From Candidatus Latescibacterota bacterium (GTDB lineage: Bacteria > Latescibacterota > UBA2968 > UBA8231), in assembly GCA_965242865.1 (NCBI GenBank), contig CBDETK010000013.1, positions 1,952,001 through 2,016,000 of the forward strand: DNA of 64,000 bases, read 5' to 3'. Below are positions 38,001-47,795 of the stretch, piece by piece. Made by a program: the position numbers and the translations under genes. Below the pieces are notes generated by a model. The model did no database searches, was not told the DNA's origin, and saw nothing but the letters and a program-made list of their open reading frames with translations. Every line of letters begins with the position of its first letter. Position 1 is the first letter of the stretch.

Positions 38001-39941
38001 TCAACCCCAGAAAATCACGTTGCCGACCATGCCGGTAGCGTGATCGACGAATAGAAAAAGGCCCCCCGGCACGATGTGCCCGGCGATCATGCCCATGAAA
38101 AAGGGGCGCGTCCGGCGGTAGAGCGCCACCCCGCCGTAGCGCAGCACCGCCACCTTAATGAGCCAAGCCAAGAACATGTCAAACCAGAGGTGATCCATGA
38201 TCACGGTCGGGCCGATGGGGTAGCCGAGGGGATGGAGGGGCCACCAGACATAGTACCAGCGCGCCAGCATCAAGAGCAGCATCGCGCCCGCCCCAATCCC
38301 GGTGTTGATCCAACCCCCTAAATGCGGCTCGCTCGGCGTGCGAATCAAGCCGGCCGCGTACTCGTAAAACCCGTGCTGCCCCCCGGGTATTTTCAGGTTG
38401 AGCGCCCCGTAGGAATAGCCCAGTTCCATAACCACCCACATCGACGAAACCATGCCGATGGCCATGGCCAACAGCATCGTCCAGAACAGCGGGCGTTTGG
38501 ACCCGCCTAAGCCCTCGCCCAATTTGAGGCTGTTGGCGGCCGAAGTCATGGCGAAGCTGCGCCCGGTGGTCCAGAAATAGGTCGTCGCCAGCACGACCAA
38601 GCCCTGAGCACCAATGGCCGAAGAGCCAACGGCCGAGACGACGATGGCGGCCGAGCCCACTGGGACCGAACCGTCCGAAAGCCCCCCTTCGGCGATCAGG
38701 CGGGTAAACCCCACAAAGAGCGCGGCCACGGCAAAGAGAAAGGCGAGGGCAATCCAGACCGGCAGGCCGGCCAGCGCGAGCCACGCCACGACCACCGCGC
38801 TGCTGCCCAGCAGAACGAGCGCGGCTGTCCGGTAGGAGAGGATTTCGCCGGAGTCATCGACCTTGGGATCCCCCCACAGCGCCTTGCGCCAGACCGCCCG
38901 CAGGTGCTTGCGAGCCGCGAACAGGCCGAACAGAAACAGGACCAGCATGCCGCCCATCGACTGGTGAACGAGGATCGGGTCGATGATCGAGTGCCCGCCG
39001 CCCAGCATCTCCGAGCTGGTGACGCCGAGGACCGCAAAGGTGGTGCGCAAGGCGTTGGCGAAGAGGTTAAAAAACCACAGGCTGAAGGCGATTTCGGTCT
39101 TGAGAAAGTAGAAAAAGCCGAGGATGTTGAAGCGGAATTTGAATTGCAGTTCGGACAGATTGTCGAAGATGGGTAGGATGAAGTGGATTGGATCTACATT
39201 GGTGGCGATGGGCACGGTTTCTGGAAAGTAGTTGTGCAGCCCGTGCAGCGTGCCCCAGACGGCCGGCACGGCAAAGCCCACCCACATCACTGGGTTTTTG
39301 AAGAATGGGGCCATGCGTTCCCCCCTGGCATCCTGTTCGGCGAGGGCCATGGGCACTTGCACCAGCGGATAGGTCAGCCGCTCGTAGTCGTTCCACTGCT
39401 TGCGCAAGATCGCCATCGCGGCAATCATCGCCAAAAACAAGGCCCACACCAAAGGAGCCCAGCGCAGGAAGATCGGCAGCCAGTCTGCCCACGGAATGGA
39501 CCGGCCCTGCTCCAAGCCCTCGTAAAAAGGCCCCATGACCGCTAGGTCGCGCGGCTGCAACCAGTCTGCTAGATGGGGCTGGATCAGGGTGTGCCAGTCG
39601 TTTTCCGGCGTGGCAAAGTAAAAGGGCGTGAGGATCGTGCCGATGAACCGGCCGGCAAAAAACACCGGCAGGGGCGAGGCCATGACCATCATTATATAAA
39701 TGAGTAGGAGCTCGCCGCGGTTCAGCCCGGCGCGTGGATGGACCCACTTGAGCAGCGGGTTGATCAAGCCGGCGAGGAAGAAGAGCAAGAACAGGGCGCC
39801 GACCGTGCTGGTCCCGAGCGTCATGTACGAGCCGCGCAAATAGAAGACCCCGTAGGAGTCGCCCGCAGCCACGAAAAACGTACACAGGCAGCCGAGGAGC
39901 AGGGCCTTGGGCGTAAAGGCTCCGGCCGCTGGGGCTCGCAA
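38001..39941 (-). CDS. Polytopic membrane protein, DUF6785/DUF6784 (OPT-like putative transporter)
   Basis: Many TM helices; ELLLIY, LRKQW..ERLTYPL, WWPLHPLGY, AWLIK..LRYGG..YRR..PFF.G. Confidence 0.75.
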   Translation of the reverse strand: MRAPAAGAFTPKALLLGCLCTFFVAAGDSYGVFYLRGSYMTLGTSTVGALFLLFFLAGLINPLLKWVHPRAGLNRGELLLIYIMMVMASPLPVFFAGRFIGTILTPFYFATPENDWHTLIQPHLADWLQPRDLAVMGPFYEGLEQGRSIPWADWLPIFLRWAPLVWALFLAMIAAMAILRKQWNDYERLTYPLVQVPMALAEQDARGERMAPFFKNPVMWVGFAVPAVWGTLHGLHNYFPETVPIATNVDPIHFILPIFDNLSELQFKFRFNILGFFYFLKTEIAFSLWFFNLFANALRTTFAVLGVTSSEMLGGGHSIIDPILVHQSMGGMLVLFLFGLFAARKHLRAVWRKALWGDPKVDDSGEILSYRTAALVLLGSSAVVVAWLALAGLPVWIALAFLFAVAALFVGFTRLIAEGGLSDGSVPVGSAAIVVSAVGSSAIGAQGLVVLATTYFWTTGRSFAMTSAANSLKLGEGLGGSKRPLFWTMLLAMAIGMVSSMWVVMELGYSYGALNLKIPGGQHGFYEYAAGLIRTPSEPHLGGWINTGIGAGAMLLLMLARWYYVWWPLHPLGYPIGPTVIMDHLWFDMFLAWLIKVAVLRYGGVALYRRTRPFFMGMIAGHIVPGGLFLFVDHATGMVGNVIFWG

Positions 39942-39944
39942 GGA

Positions 39945-42584
39945 CTACACCCCGCCGGTCGCGGCGAAGATGCGGACGAAGACGATCGATTGCTTCTGGG
40001 TCTGCTCGGCGAAAAACTGGCGTTCTAGGAGGAAGCCAGCGTTCATGGTCAGCTCGTACCCTTGATAGGACGACACATTCGTCAGCAGGGCCGAAAAGAC
40101 GAGGCTGCGGAAGTCATCGACGTAGCTCGGCGACGCCTCGGCTGGACGCTCGATTAGGTTCTCAAAGAGGCTGAATTCAACGCCAAAGTCCAATTGCGTC
40201 CTCGGCAGGAGCAAGTACTGGCCGATAAAGAAGAAGCTCTCGGTCAGCTCGTTGGCGGCCAAATCGGCCAACGCGGTGGGCGTTTCTCGCAGGTACATGC
40301 TCTTCCACTTGGGGTGGAGCGCGAGTTGGTCGCTGGGGCGAATGGTGTAATCGGCCTTGTTGATCAGGCCCAAGAACGAGCGGTCGCGCTTTAGGCGGGC
40401 CTGCGCGCCGAGTTGGTTGAAGCGCTCGTACTTGAGCTTGCCCTCGACGTTCAGGTTGGGAATGCGAAAGTAGCGGGCCTGCGCGTACAGCGCGTTGACA
40501 AAGGTGTCTTGGTTGTCGAGCGGATCGTCAAAATCCGTCAGGCCGATGGGGTCGCGCCAGACGATGCGGTCTTCGGGTAGGGTGTCGGCCACGAGCTTGG
40601 CGTGTTCAAAAAGGGCTAGGTCCAGCCCGGGATACGATTTTTCCACGGTCAGCAGCCCGTAGAACGAGCGGCTCGCGCGGTCGCTACTCAGCTGGTGCTC
40701 GGCGAGCCGGCCGACGGTCAGCCGGGTGCTCTCGGTGATTTTTAAGCCGCCGTACGCGTTGTAGCCGCGGTGGTCGCGCTCGTAGGGGTAGTCGGGCAGG
40801 CGGTCGTCCTCAAAGCGGTCGATGATCGTGTTGTTGTTCATGTCCATGCCAAAGAGGAACTCCGGCGGATCGACCTGATAGCGGAGGAACGGCTCGACGT
40901 AATCCGGGCGGCTGTTCTGGTTTTGGTTGAAGTCGGAGATAAAATCGTTGTTCTCGTCCAGCCCGGGAAAAATCTCCGTGTCGCGGCCCAGCGAGCCGCC
41001 CTGCCCGCCAAACCCTTGGCTCTGGCGATAGCGTTGCCAGTCGGTGAAGCGGTCTTGGTCGTCGTTGTCATCGACAAACTCAAAGAGGTTTTGGGTCTCG
41101 CTGGCGTAGTCGATGACCCCGCCTGGGTCCGCGATAAAGGCCGTGGTGCTGTAATCGGGATCGATGGAGAACACCTCGCCGTAGGCAAAGAAGGGGTAGC
41201 GCTGGTACGAGGCCGTGACGTACCCGGCTTCGGCCGTTTCCTTGTACGCCGGCAGCTTGCGAAAGTTTTGGTTGGGGAAGCGGCGGAAGCGGCGATTGAC
41301 GGCCCATTCGGCCCGCAGGTCAAAGTGGGCGAGGTTGATCAGCTCCAGATCCATGCCCACCACCTCGTGCCCGGTCGGCAGGCCGTAGGCAAAGCGCACA
41401 AAGGTCTGATTGGAGCCGTCGGTGATCTCGTCGCGGGCTTGGGCCACCGGCAGGAAAACCTGCTCGCCCCGAGCATTGGTCTGGAGGTTAGAGGCGATCT
41501 CTATGCGGTAGTCGTTGGACACCACCAGCTCGAATTCGAGCTTCTTGGCCTCGCGGAAGGTGCCCACTTTTTCGGTCGGGCTAAAATCGTTGCGAATGTC
41601 GTAGATGAGCTCAATGGCGTCCGAGCCGCGCACCTCCAAAATGCCCTCGCGCCGCACGCCGCCGCGCACCAAGGGCACGATTTCCGGGTGCAGCTCGCCG
41701 TCGATGATCACCTGATCGACGAAAAACGAGGCCCCGGTTTGCTCGGATTCGGGCGAATCGTCCGCGATGCGGATGATGACCCGCTCGACATTGCCCGTGT
41801 TTTGCGGGCCGGTCAGCAGGCCCTTGAGCGAGTTGTCGCCGAGGCTCAGCTCGCTGCTGGTGTTGGACACATTGACCCACGTCAGGCCTAGCTTGGCAAA
41901 GTCGCCCACTTGGGCCACGCCCCGCGCCCCGAGGAGCCGGGTCGTGTTTTCGAGCGTCGAAGAGCCGCCCGCCTCGTTGAGCGCGGTAAATCCCGGCGCG
42001 TTGAGCCGCGAGCCGAGGAGGGTCAGGGCGTACTTGTCGGCGAGAAAATCCCACTGCAACCCGTTGAACGTGGGCTTGGAAAAGGTCAGGGGGGTGAGCG
42101 TCGTGCGGATGGCGTCGCCCACGGTCAGGGAGGTGTGGAACTGGCCGTGGCTGGCCGACGAGATGACGAGGCTGTCGAACCACCGCCCAAAGCGGGTTCC
42201 CTTGAGGAGGGCACTGCCTTGGCGCAGGGGGCTGGTTTCGGTCCAGTCGTAGATGACCCAGCCGCGGTTGATGTACTGGCCGAACAGGTTGTAGTTGCGG
42301 GTGCCTTCGAGCAGGATGTTGACGTAGCGCTCGTAGTTGTCGCGCGCGTAGTTGCTGTATTCCCAGCCGCGCCACTGGTATTCGTAGTACAGGTTCTGCG
42401 GCAAGTACCACTTGCGCCGGTTGGGGGCCAAGGCCCCGGGATGGATGCGCACCCCGCGAATCCCCGGTTGCTCAACCGGGCGAAAGCCGGTTGATAGCTG
42501 AGCAAAAGCCGTGGATTCTGAGAGTACAAACGCGCACCACAACAGCGCGATCGGCCCTCGGCGGTAAAGGGTTGTAAGCCTCAT
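39945..42584 (-). CDS. Large exported protein, probable outer-membrane beta-barrel with DxNxN Ca-binding loops
   Basis: AGGAG RBS; signal peptide; DDNDDQD, DENNDFISDFNQN, DMNNN; alternating beta-strand C-terminus. Confidence 0.55.
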   Translation of the reverse strand: MRLTTLYRRGPIALLWCAFVLSESTAFAQLSTGFRPVEQPGIRGVRIHPGALAPNRRKWYLPQNLYYEYQWRGWEYSNYARDNYERYVNILLEGTRNYNLFGQYINRGWVIYDWTETSPLRQGSALLKGTRFGRWFDSLVISSASHGQFHTSLTVGDAIRTTLTPLTFSKPTFNGLQWDFLADKYALTLLGSRLNAPGFTALNEAGGSSTLENTTRLLGARGVAQVGDFAKLGLTWVNVSNTSSELSLGDNSLKGLLTGPQNTGNVERVIIRIADDSPESEQTGASFFVDQVIIDGELHPEIVPLVRGGVRREGILEVRGSDAIELIYDIRNDFSPTEKVGTFREAKKLEFELVVSNDYRIEIASNLQTNARGEQVFLPVAQARDEITDGSNQTFVRFAYGLPTGHEVVGMDLELINLAHFDLRAEWAVNRRFRRFPNQNFRKLPAYKETAEAGYVTASYQRYPFFAYGEVFSIDPDYSTTAFIADPGGVIDYASETQNLFEFVDDNDDQDRFTDWQRYRQSQGFGGQGGSLGRDTEIFPGLDENNDFISDFNQNQNSRPDYVEPFLRYQVDPPEFLFGMDMNNNTIIDRFEDDRLPDYPYERDHRGYNAYGGLKITESTRLTVGRLAEHQLSSDRASRSFYGLLTVEKSYPGLDLALFEHAKLVADTLPEDRIVWRDPIGLTDFDDPLDNQDTFVNALYAQARYFRIPNLNVEGKLKYERFNQLGAQARLKRDRSFLGLINKADYTIRPSDQLALHPKWKSMYLRETPTALADLAANELTESFFFIGQYLLLPRTQLDFGVEFSLFENLIERPAEASPSYVDDFRSLVFSALLTNVSSYQGYELTMNAGFLLERQFFAEQTQKQSIVFVRIFAATGGV

Positions 42585-42832
42585 GATCCATCTCCTAACG
42601 AGGGAAAGCCCGCCTAGACCAGCGAGCGCAGACAATATACGCCCCGTTCCCACTGCCTACCAAGTCCGCACTTTCTGGCCGCAAACTTGTTTCGCCTATG
42701 TGGACTTTTTTATTATACTGTAAAATCACTTTAGCCGTATCCCCTATCCGAAAGGAGGTTGTGCAGCGTGCTGAACGACCATTCCCACATCCCTTTTTTT
42801 CTTCATCTCTTCCAATCAAGGAGCGTAGCACC

Positions 42833-43744
42833 ATGAGAAAGTTCGGCTTTTTCGCCTTGTCTTGCGGGCTGGCGTACCTGCTGAGCACGGCCGCTTTTGC
42901 CCACGTGGGCGTGACCGTGTTCTATCCCCAAGTGCCCGACCCGGCAGCCATCACCATCGACGGCAATGACGACGACTGGGGTTGGTACGACCCGGCCCTC
43001 GCCCTCAATCAGCCCGATTTCTTCGACCGGGCCAGCGATTTCGTCGAGTTGTCGGACTACGATTTCACCATCCTCAACGGCTGGTCTGCGCCGCCGGACA
43101 ACAAGTGGTACGGCTTTGCGCGCTTCGTCGATGACACCCTCAAGTACGATTCGCCCGTCAAGGAGTGGTGGAAAGACGATTGCTTGCAGATAACCGTGGA
43201 CGCCGATCACCTCGGCGGCAACATCCTCGGTTCCGACCTAGAGCAGATCGCCAATGGCCAGCGCTGGCACGTGCGCATTTTCCCGCCCGCCGGCGAGTCC
43301 CTGCTGCCCAATCAAACCCCCTTCTTCTACAGCCAGCTAGAGTTCATCGACTCCGAAGAGCTGCTCTGGGGAGTCCAGCCGGAGTTTTTTGAGGCAGCGT
43401 GGACCGTCCTGCCAGCCGGCGCCGAAAACCTGACGGTTGGCCCGGTCACGTACACCTACGAGTGGCGGGGTGCTTTGTGGGATATCTGGGGCCTGAGCGA
43501 GAGCGAGAGCGTGCGGCACGTGTTCGCCGAGGACGACGTGATCCACCTCGGCTATCGCCCGCTCGACGCCGACCGCCCCGGCGGTGGGCGCAAGCATTCC
43601 ATGTACATCAACGACGGCAGCCAGTCGCAGGACGTCGACGCTTCGCAGATGCCCGACTTCTGGGCGCTGGCGGCCCCGGAGACCAACGTGGAAAACGAGA
43701 CTTGGGGCCACATCAAAAACAGCATGTCCCAACGCCTCAAGTAG
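42833..43744 (+). CDS. Secreted CBM9/DOMON-like putative sugar-binding protein
   Basis: AAGGAG RBS; signal ending AFA; ITIDGNDDDW, DDCLQITVDAD, YTYEW; C-terminal TWGHIK. Confidence 0.6.
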   Translation: MRKFGFFALSCGLAYLLSTAAFAHVGVTVFYPQVPDPAAITIDGNDDDWGWYDPALALNQPDFFDRASDFVELSDYDFTILNGWSAPPDNKWYGFARFVDDTLKYDSPVKEWWKDDCLQITVDADHLGGNILGSDLEQIANGQRWHVRIFPPAGESLLPNQTPFFYSQLEFIDSEELLWGVQPEFFEAAWTVLPAGAENLTVGPVTYTYEWRGALWDIWGLSESESVRHVFAEDDVIHLGYRPLDADRPGGGRKHSMYINDGSQSQDVDASQMPDFWALAAPETNVENETWGHIKNSMSQRLK

Positions 43745-43761
43745 GAGTTCGCAGCGCAATC

Positions 43762-43795
43762 ACGAGGGAGGGGGGCCGCGGCCCTTCTCCCTCGT
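43762..43795 (+). terminator. GC-rich hairpin, probable terminator
   Basis: ACGAGGGAGGGGGGCC-GC-GGCCCTTCTCCCTCGT followed by a T-rich tract. Confidence 0.6.
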
Positions 43796-43805
43796 TTCAT
43801 TTTCT

Positions 43806-45893
43806 ATGAAAAAACGCGATAAAACCCTAGCTGGCGCAGAAAGGGAGAACCGCTTCTACCCACTTTTTTCGCCTCCCCGGCGGTGGATGCGGTGGGCGAT
43901 GTTGGCTTATGTCGCGCTGATGTGCAGCCCTGGGGCGGCGCAAGAGTGGTGGCAGCTCGGTGGGCAGGGCGGCGTCTCGCCGCTGGACGTGGCGGATTTC
44001 AGCCTGATGATAGACGATGCAGCTGCTTCCCAAGCACTCCAGCCCTTTGAGCTCGACCCGCACGAAAACATCTTGCCGCAACTCGGCCCTTGGCAGCGCT
44101 GGCGCTTTCCCACGGACCCGCAATTCCGCCCCGGCCATCCGCGCTTCTGGACGGACATCAACCACAACACCCTATACAAGGCCACGGAAATTTTTCTCTT
44201 CGTCGATGGAGACTCGACCACGTACGTGGAGCGGCGAGATGGGGAGCAGATTTTCTATACCATAGACTTGGGCATCCCAGTGCCGGTAGAGCGCTTTGTC
44301 TTTTTCCCGCCCGAAGGCGTCAGCCCCGAAAGCGACGAGCCTTTCAGGCCCAATTACATCCTCAAGTCCTATAGTCTGACGGCCGACAAAGCCGAGACCG
44401 GCATTCTGCAAGAGGAGATAGAGCGCGGGTTCGTCTGGCGGGGCGACGGGCCGTGCTGTCCGCTGGCCATCCCCCTCGCCTACGAGGAGCGCAACACCGA
44501 CGCGGTGACCGAAATCGCGTTTTCCACCCAATACCTCCGCTTCTTCCGCCTCATCGCCATCCCCGACGGCTTTACCCTGTACGGCGACCCCATCGTCACG
44601 CGCTCGGCCTTTGCCGAGATGGAAATCTACGGCCGGGGTTTTGCTCCGCAGGCCATCTACGAGTCGCAGATCATAGATTTGGGGCGAGAGGTCAATTTTG
44701 GGCAGGTGCGCTTGGGAGTGAGCCAATGGCGCAAGGACGGAGAGCACCTGCTGCCATCCGACGGTCCAACCCGCGCCCAAGTGGAAATCCGCACCGGGCG
44801 CGACGACACCCCAACGGCTTATTTCGGCTTTGACGATCTGGGCGCCCATGTAGAGGTGACCAAGAAGCAGTGGGATCGGCTGATCCCCCTAGAGACGCGC
44901 GGCGCGACCGTAGCGGTCGGCTATCGCGGGCCGGTGGCCGAAGACCTGCAAAACTGGAGCTTCTGGTCCCTGCCGTTGGAGGGCTCGGGCCAGCACCCGC
45001 GCCTGCCGTGGGGTCGGTATTTCCAATTGCGCGTCCAGCTAGCAACGGACGCCCTGTGGGAATTTGCCCGCCTCGATTCCCTGCAAATCGAGATCGCACC
45101 CCTGCTGGCCGACCGGGTCGTCGGCGAGATCGTCCGCGCGGACCAACCCCATCCCCAAGGCGGGCAAGTGCGCGTCCCAGCGGGCGAGAAAACCCCGTTC
45201 ACGTACGACCTAGGCGTGGAATTTGCCCGTGCGGACCGCGTCGGCTGCGACGCCGTGCGCGTCTCGGCACCGGCGGAAGCCACGTTTCGCTATTTGGCGA
45301 TGGGCGACCCGCTCAGCGCGGTAGAGCCAGACAGCCTGCTGCGCGAAGCAAGCGGCTTTGTCGTATTCTTGCCCCGCCCCTTGCACCCAAGCGGCGATCA
45401 GCGGCTGCGCCTCGGCCTCGAAGCCGTGCTGTACGGCGAGGCCGGCGAATTTGGCGGCGAAGTCTTTAACCGCCGCGAGCCGAGCTTGTTGCAGCGCGTC
45501 GAGGGGGGCGACGTCAGCGCGGAGCTAGGCTCCAACCAGTTGCTCGTCGTGGCGTCTGCCGCTTCCAAGAGCGGGGTACTGGGCGATGTCGAGGCGGGTA
45601 GCGGCGCGTTTACCCCCCAAGGCGACGGCGTAAACGACCTGTTACCCATACGATACACCCTCTTCCGGGTGAGGCAGTCGTCCCAAGTGCAAGTCCGAGT
45701 GTACGCCCTCGACGGTCGGCCGGTGTGGCAGACGCAACCGAGTGTGCAGGGCGCGGGACGCCATGCGGTCTATTGGGATGGGCGCGATAGCACCGGCCAA
45801 AGAGTCCCTCCCGGCACCTATTTGGCGCGGGTGGAGGTGGAAACGGATAAGGGACGAGAGGTGCGGATGCGGCCGGTGGCCGTGGCGTACTAA
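43806..45893 (+). CDS. Secreted protein with C-terminal FlgD Ig-like domain (paralogue of 36015-37964)
   Basis: RTGRDDTP, NWSFWS, TPQGDGVND..WDGRDSTG..PPGTY; ends AVAY; alternative start at 43887. Confidence 0.75.
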   Translation: MKKRDKTLAGAERENRFYPLFSPPRRWMRWAMLAYVALMCSPGAAQEWWQLGGQGGVSPLDVADFSLMIDDAAASQALQPFELDPHENILPQLGPWQRWRFPTDPQFRPGHPRFWTDINHNTLYKATEIFLFVDGDSTTYVERRDGEQIFYTIDLGIPVPVERFVFFPPEGVSPESDEPFRPNYILKSYSLTADKAETGILQEEIERGFVWRGDGPCCPLAIPLAYEERNTDAVTEIAFSTQYLRFFRLIAIPDGFTLYGDPIVTRSAFAEMEIYGRGFAPQAIYESQIIDLGREVNFGQVRLGVSQWRKDGEHLLPSDGPTRAQVEIRTGRDDTPTAYFGFDDLGAHVEVTKKQWDRLIPLETRGATVAVGYRGPVAEDLQNWSFWSLPLEGSGQHPRLPWGRYFQLRVQLATDALWEFARLDSLQIEIAPLLADRVVGEIVRADQPHPQGGQVRVPAGEKTPFTYDLGVEFARADRVGCDAVRVSAPAEATFRYLAMGDPLSAVEPDSLLREASGFVVFLPRPLHPSGDQRLRLGLEAVLYGEAGEFGGEVFNRREPSLLQRVEGGDVSAELGSNQLLVVASAASKSGVLGDVEAGSGAFTPQGDGVNDLLPIRYTLFRVRQSSQVQVRVYALDGRPVWQTQPSVQGAGRHAVYWDGRDSTGQRVPPGTYLARVEVETDKGREVRMRPVAVAY

Positions 45894-45945
45894 CTAGAAG
45901 AGGTCAAAGATTGAGGGAATTATATGCGGCGAGGGCTTGGACCCT

Positions 45946-46290
45946 ATGAATGCCATTGAAGCCCATATCGACAACGCGACCATTGAGGCCATAGCCCAAC
46001 TGATCGTCGAACGCTTTGAGCCGGAACGAGTCATTCTCTTCGGCAGTCATGCCCGCGGAGAGGGGGGATCGCATAGCGATGTGGACCTGCTAGTCGTGCT
46101 CCGCACCGGCACAGAAAAGCTACCGCCCGGCAATCCAATCCGTCGAGCGATTGCCGAGTGTTTCGTCCTGCCCGTTGATGTACTGATCCGCTCGCCGGAA
46201 GTTCTCGCCGAACAGCGCAATGACCCATATTCCTTGATGCACCAAGTCTTGGAAGAAGGGAAGGTATTGTATGAGCGGCACGTTGCCTGA
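45946..46290 (+). CDS. Minimal nucleotidyltransferase (MNT) antitoxin
   Basis: ILFGSHARGE...SDVDLLVV...PVDVL...EGKVLYE. Confidence 0.9.
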   Translation: MNAIEAHIDNATIEAIAQLIVERFEPERVILFGSHARGEGGSHSDVDLLVVLRTGTEKLPPGNPIRRAIAECFVLPVDVLIRSPEVLAEQRNDPYSLMHQVLEEGKVLYERHVA

Positions 46291-46372
46291 ACGGGACTGG
46301 TTCGATAAGGCAAATCAAGATTTGGAGATGGCGCGTCGGGCGTTGGGTCCGAAAACACCTTCTCATTTATGA
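46271..46372 (+). pseudogene. Truncated HEPN toxin
   Basis: Overlaps the MNT end; MSGTLPERDWFDKANQDLEMARRAL stops after 33 aa. Confidence 0.75.
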
Positions 46373-46398
46373 CCTAATGAAAATGAAGAGAGGCTGTT

Positions 46399-47319
46399 TT
46401 GCGTAGAATCATACAGATCATCTCGGCAGGCGTCCACAAGGTGGGCGTCTTCCTTGTAGAAGAAGTCCGTACGATCTGGTATATTTTGTTTTTCGCCGCA
46501 GTAATCATAGTTTTCGGGTTTCTTTATACCTATCTGACTCCAATAGGGCACGGTATCGGGCAAAATCTCAAGCCGCTTTCTGACATTACACTTTGCACAG
46601 GCATATACTTCAGTATTGTCACGATCTCCTCGTTAGGGTACGGGGATATGCACCCGATGGGGTTCTCAAAAGCTCTCGCCTGTATAGAAGTCCTCTTAGG
46701 ACTCGTAGTCATAGGTATTATGATAGCTAAAGTTACTTCGCGACGTCCGTCATACCACGTTGAGCGTCTTTTCAGTTCTAATGCTCAAAAGCGACTTGAA
46801 AATTTTGCGACAGAATTTGCGGTATTTCACGGCGATTTTGAAACAATTATTCCGGATCTTCGGGACGCCTATCAGAGAATTCCTGGCCAAAGACCCTCCG
46901 AGGACAAGAGCGAATTGGTCGAACGTTTCCAAGAAATTATCACTGCATTCCAATCACAATGTACTGCGTTGCATACCTACTTTTCGGATGAGACTAGTCG
47001 GGGAAATTACTTCGAGATCGTCCCAGCTACTGCAACGGTGCAGGTAGGTAATGCCGTTTGCAACGCCTTCTTTATCCTTAGTCAACTTCTTGTAATCCTG
47101 CCGCCTCAAGCGGAAACTGAAGCTGAAGTTCTTGATAGACGCAGCAGACAGGGTATTTCAAGGGCAATTAACGCCCAGATAAAGGCATGTGATTTAGTTG
47201 ATCAATATGCGACTGATCAGGGTACACTTGATGTATTCCAGCGCATTCAAGATACTTGTAGGCAGTTGCCAGAAAGTTATTTCGCAGAAGTATCGCAACC
47301 CGACCAACTCCTACAATGA
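46399..47319 (+). CDS. Potassium-channel (Ion_trans_2) domain protein with helical C-terminal domain
   Basis: IYFSIVTISSLGYGDMHP filter motif between two TM helices; start uncertain (TTG). Confidence 0.8.
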   Translation: MRRIIQIISAGVHKVGVFLVEEVRTIWYILFFAAVIIVFGFLYTYLTPIGHGIGQNLKPLSDITLCTGIYFSIVTISSLGYGDMHPMGFSKALACIEVLLGLVVIGIMIAKVTSRRPSYHVERLFSSNAQKRLENFATEFAVFHGDFETIIPDLRDAYQRIPGQRPSEDKSELVERFQEIITAFQSQCTALHTYFSDETSRGNYFEIVPATATVQVGNAVCNAFFILSQLLVILPPQAETEAEVLDRRSRQGISRAINAQIKACDLVDQYATDQGTLDVFQRIQDTCRQLPESYFAEVSQPDQLLQ

Positions 47320-47355
47320 TCCTGACGAGGCACAATAACTTTAAGGGGGTGTAAG

Positions 47356-47745
47356 ATGAGCGAACAGCTTCTTCACGGGCACGAATTATCGCTAGAGCTG
47401 GAATGGATGAGGTGCTGGGGCGATGTCTGGTGCAAGCTCAACCTTGTAAACCTAAACCACGAGTATTTCGACAAGGATGTCTCTGGCGTCTATATAATTT
47501 GGCACGGAGGGCCAACCCCCAAGGTGGTGTACGTCGGTCAGGGAAATATCAAGGATCGCATAGCCAAACACCGGGAAGATCCAGAGATACAGCGGTATGA
47601 ACATCTGGAGCTTTATGTCACCTGGGCACCAGTACCTGAGGAATCCCAAGACGGTGCAGAAGCGTATTTGGCTGAGCAATGGTCCCCAAAAGTCGGCGAA
47701 CGCAATCCAGACGCCCTGCCCATAAAGGTAAACTCTCCGTGGTAG
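47356..47745 (+). CDS. Small GIY-YIG nuclease-like protein
   Basis: SGVYIIW...VVYVGQGNIKDRIAKH...AEAYL. Confidence 0.65.
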   Translation: MSEQLLHGHELSLELEWMRCWGDVWCKLNLVNLNHEYFDKDVSGVYIIWHGGPTPKVVYVGQGNIKDRIAKHREDPEIQRYEHLELYVTWAPVPEESQDGAEAYLAEQWSPKVGERNPDALPIKVNSPW

Positions 47746-47795
47746 CCATTGCGACCCATCCCCCCAGAACAGCACCTCCTAACGAAAGCCTAGCT

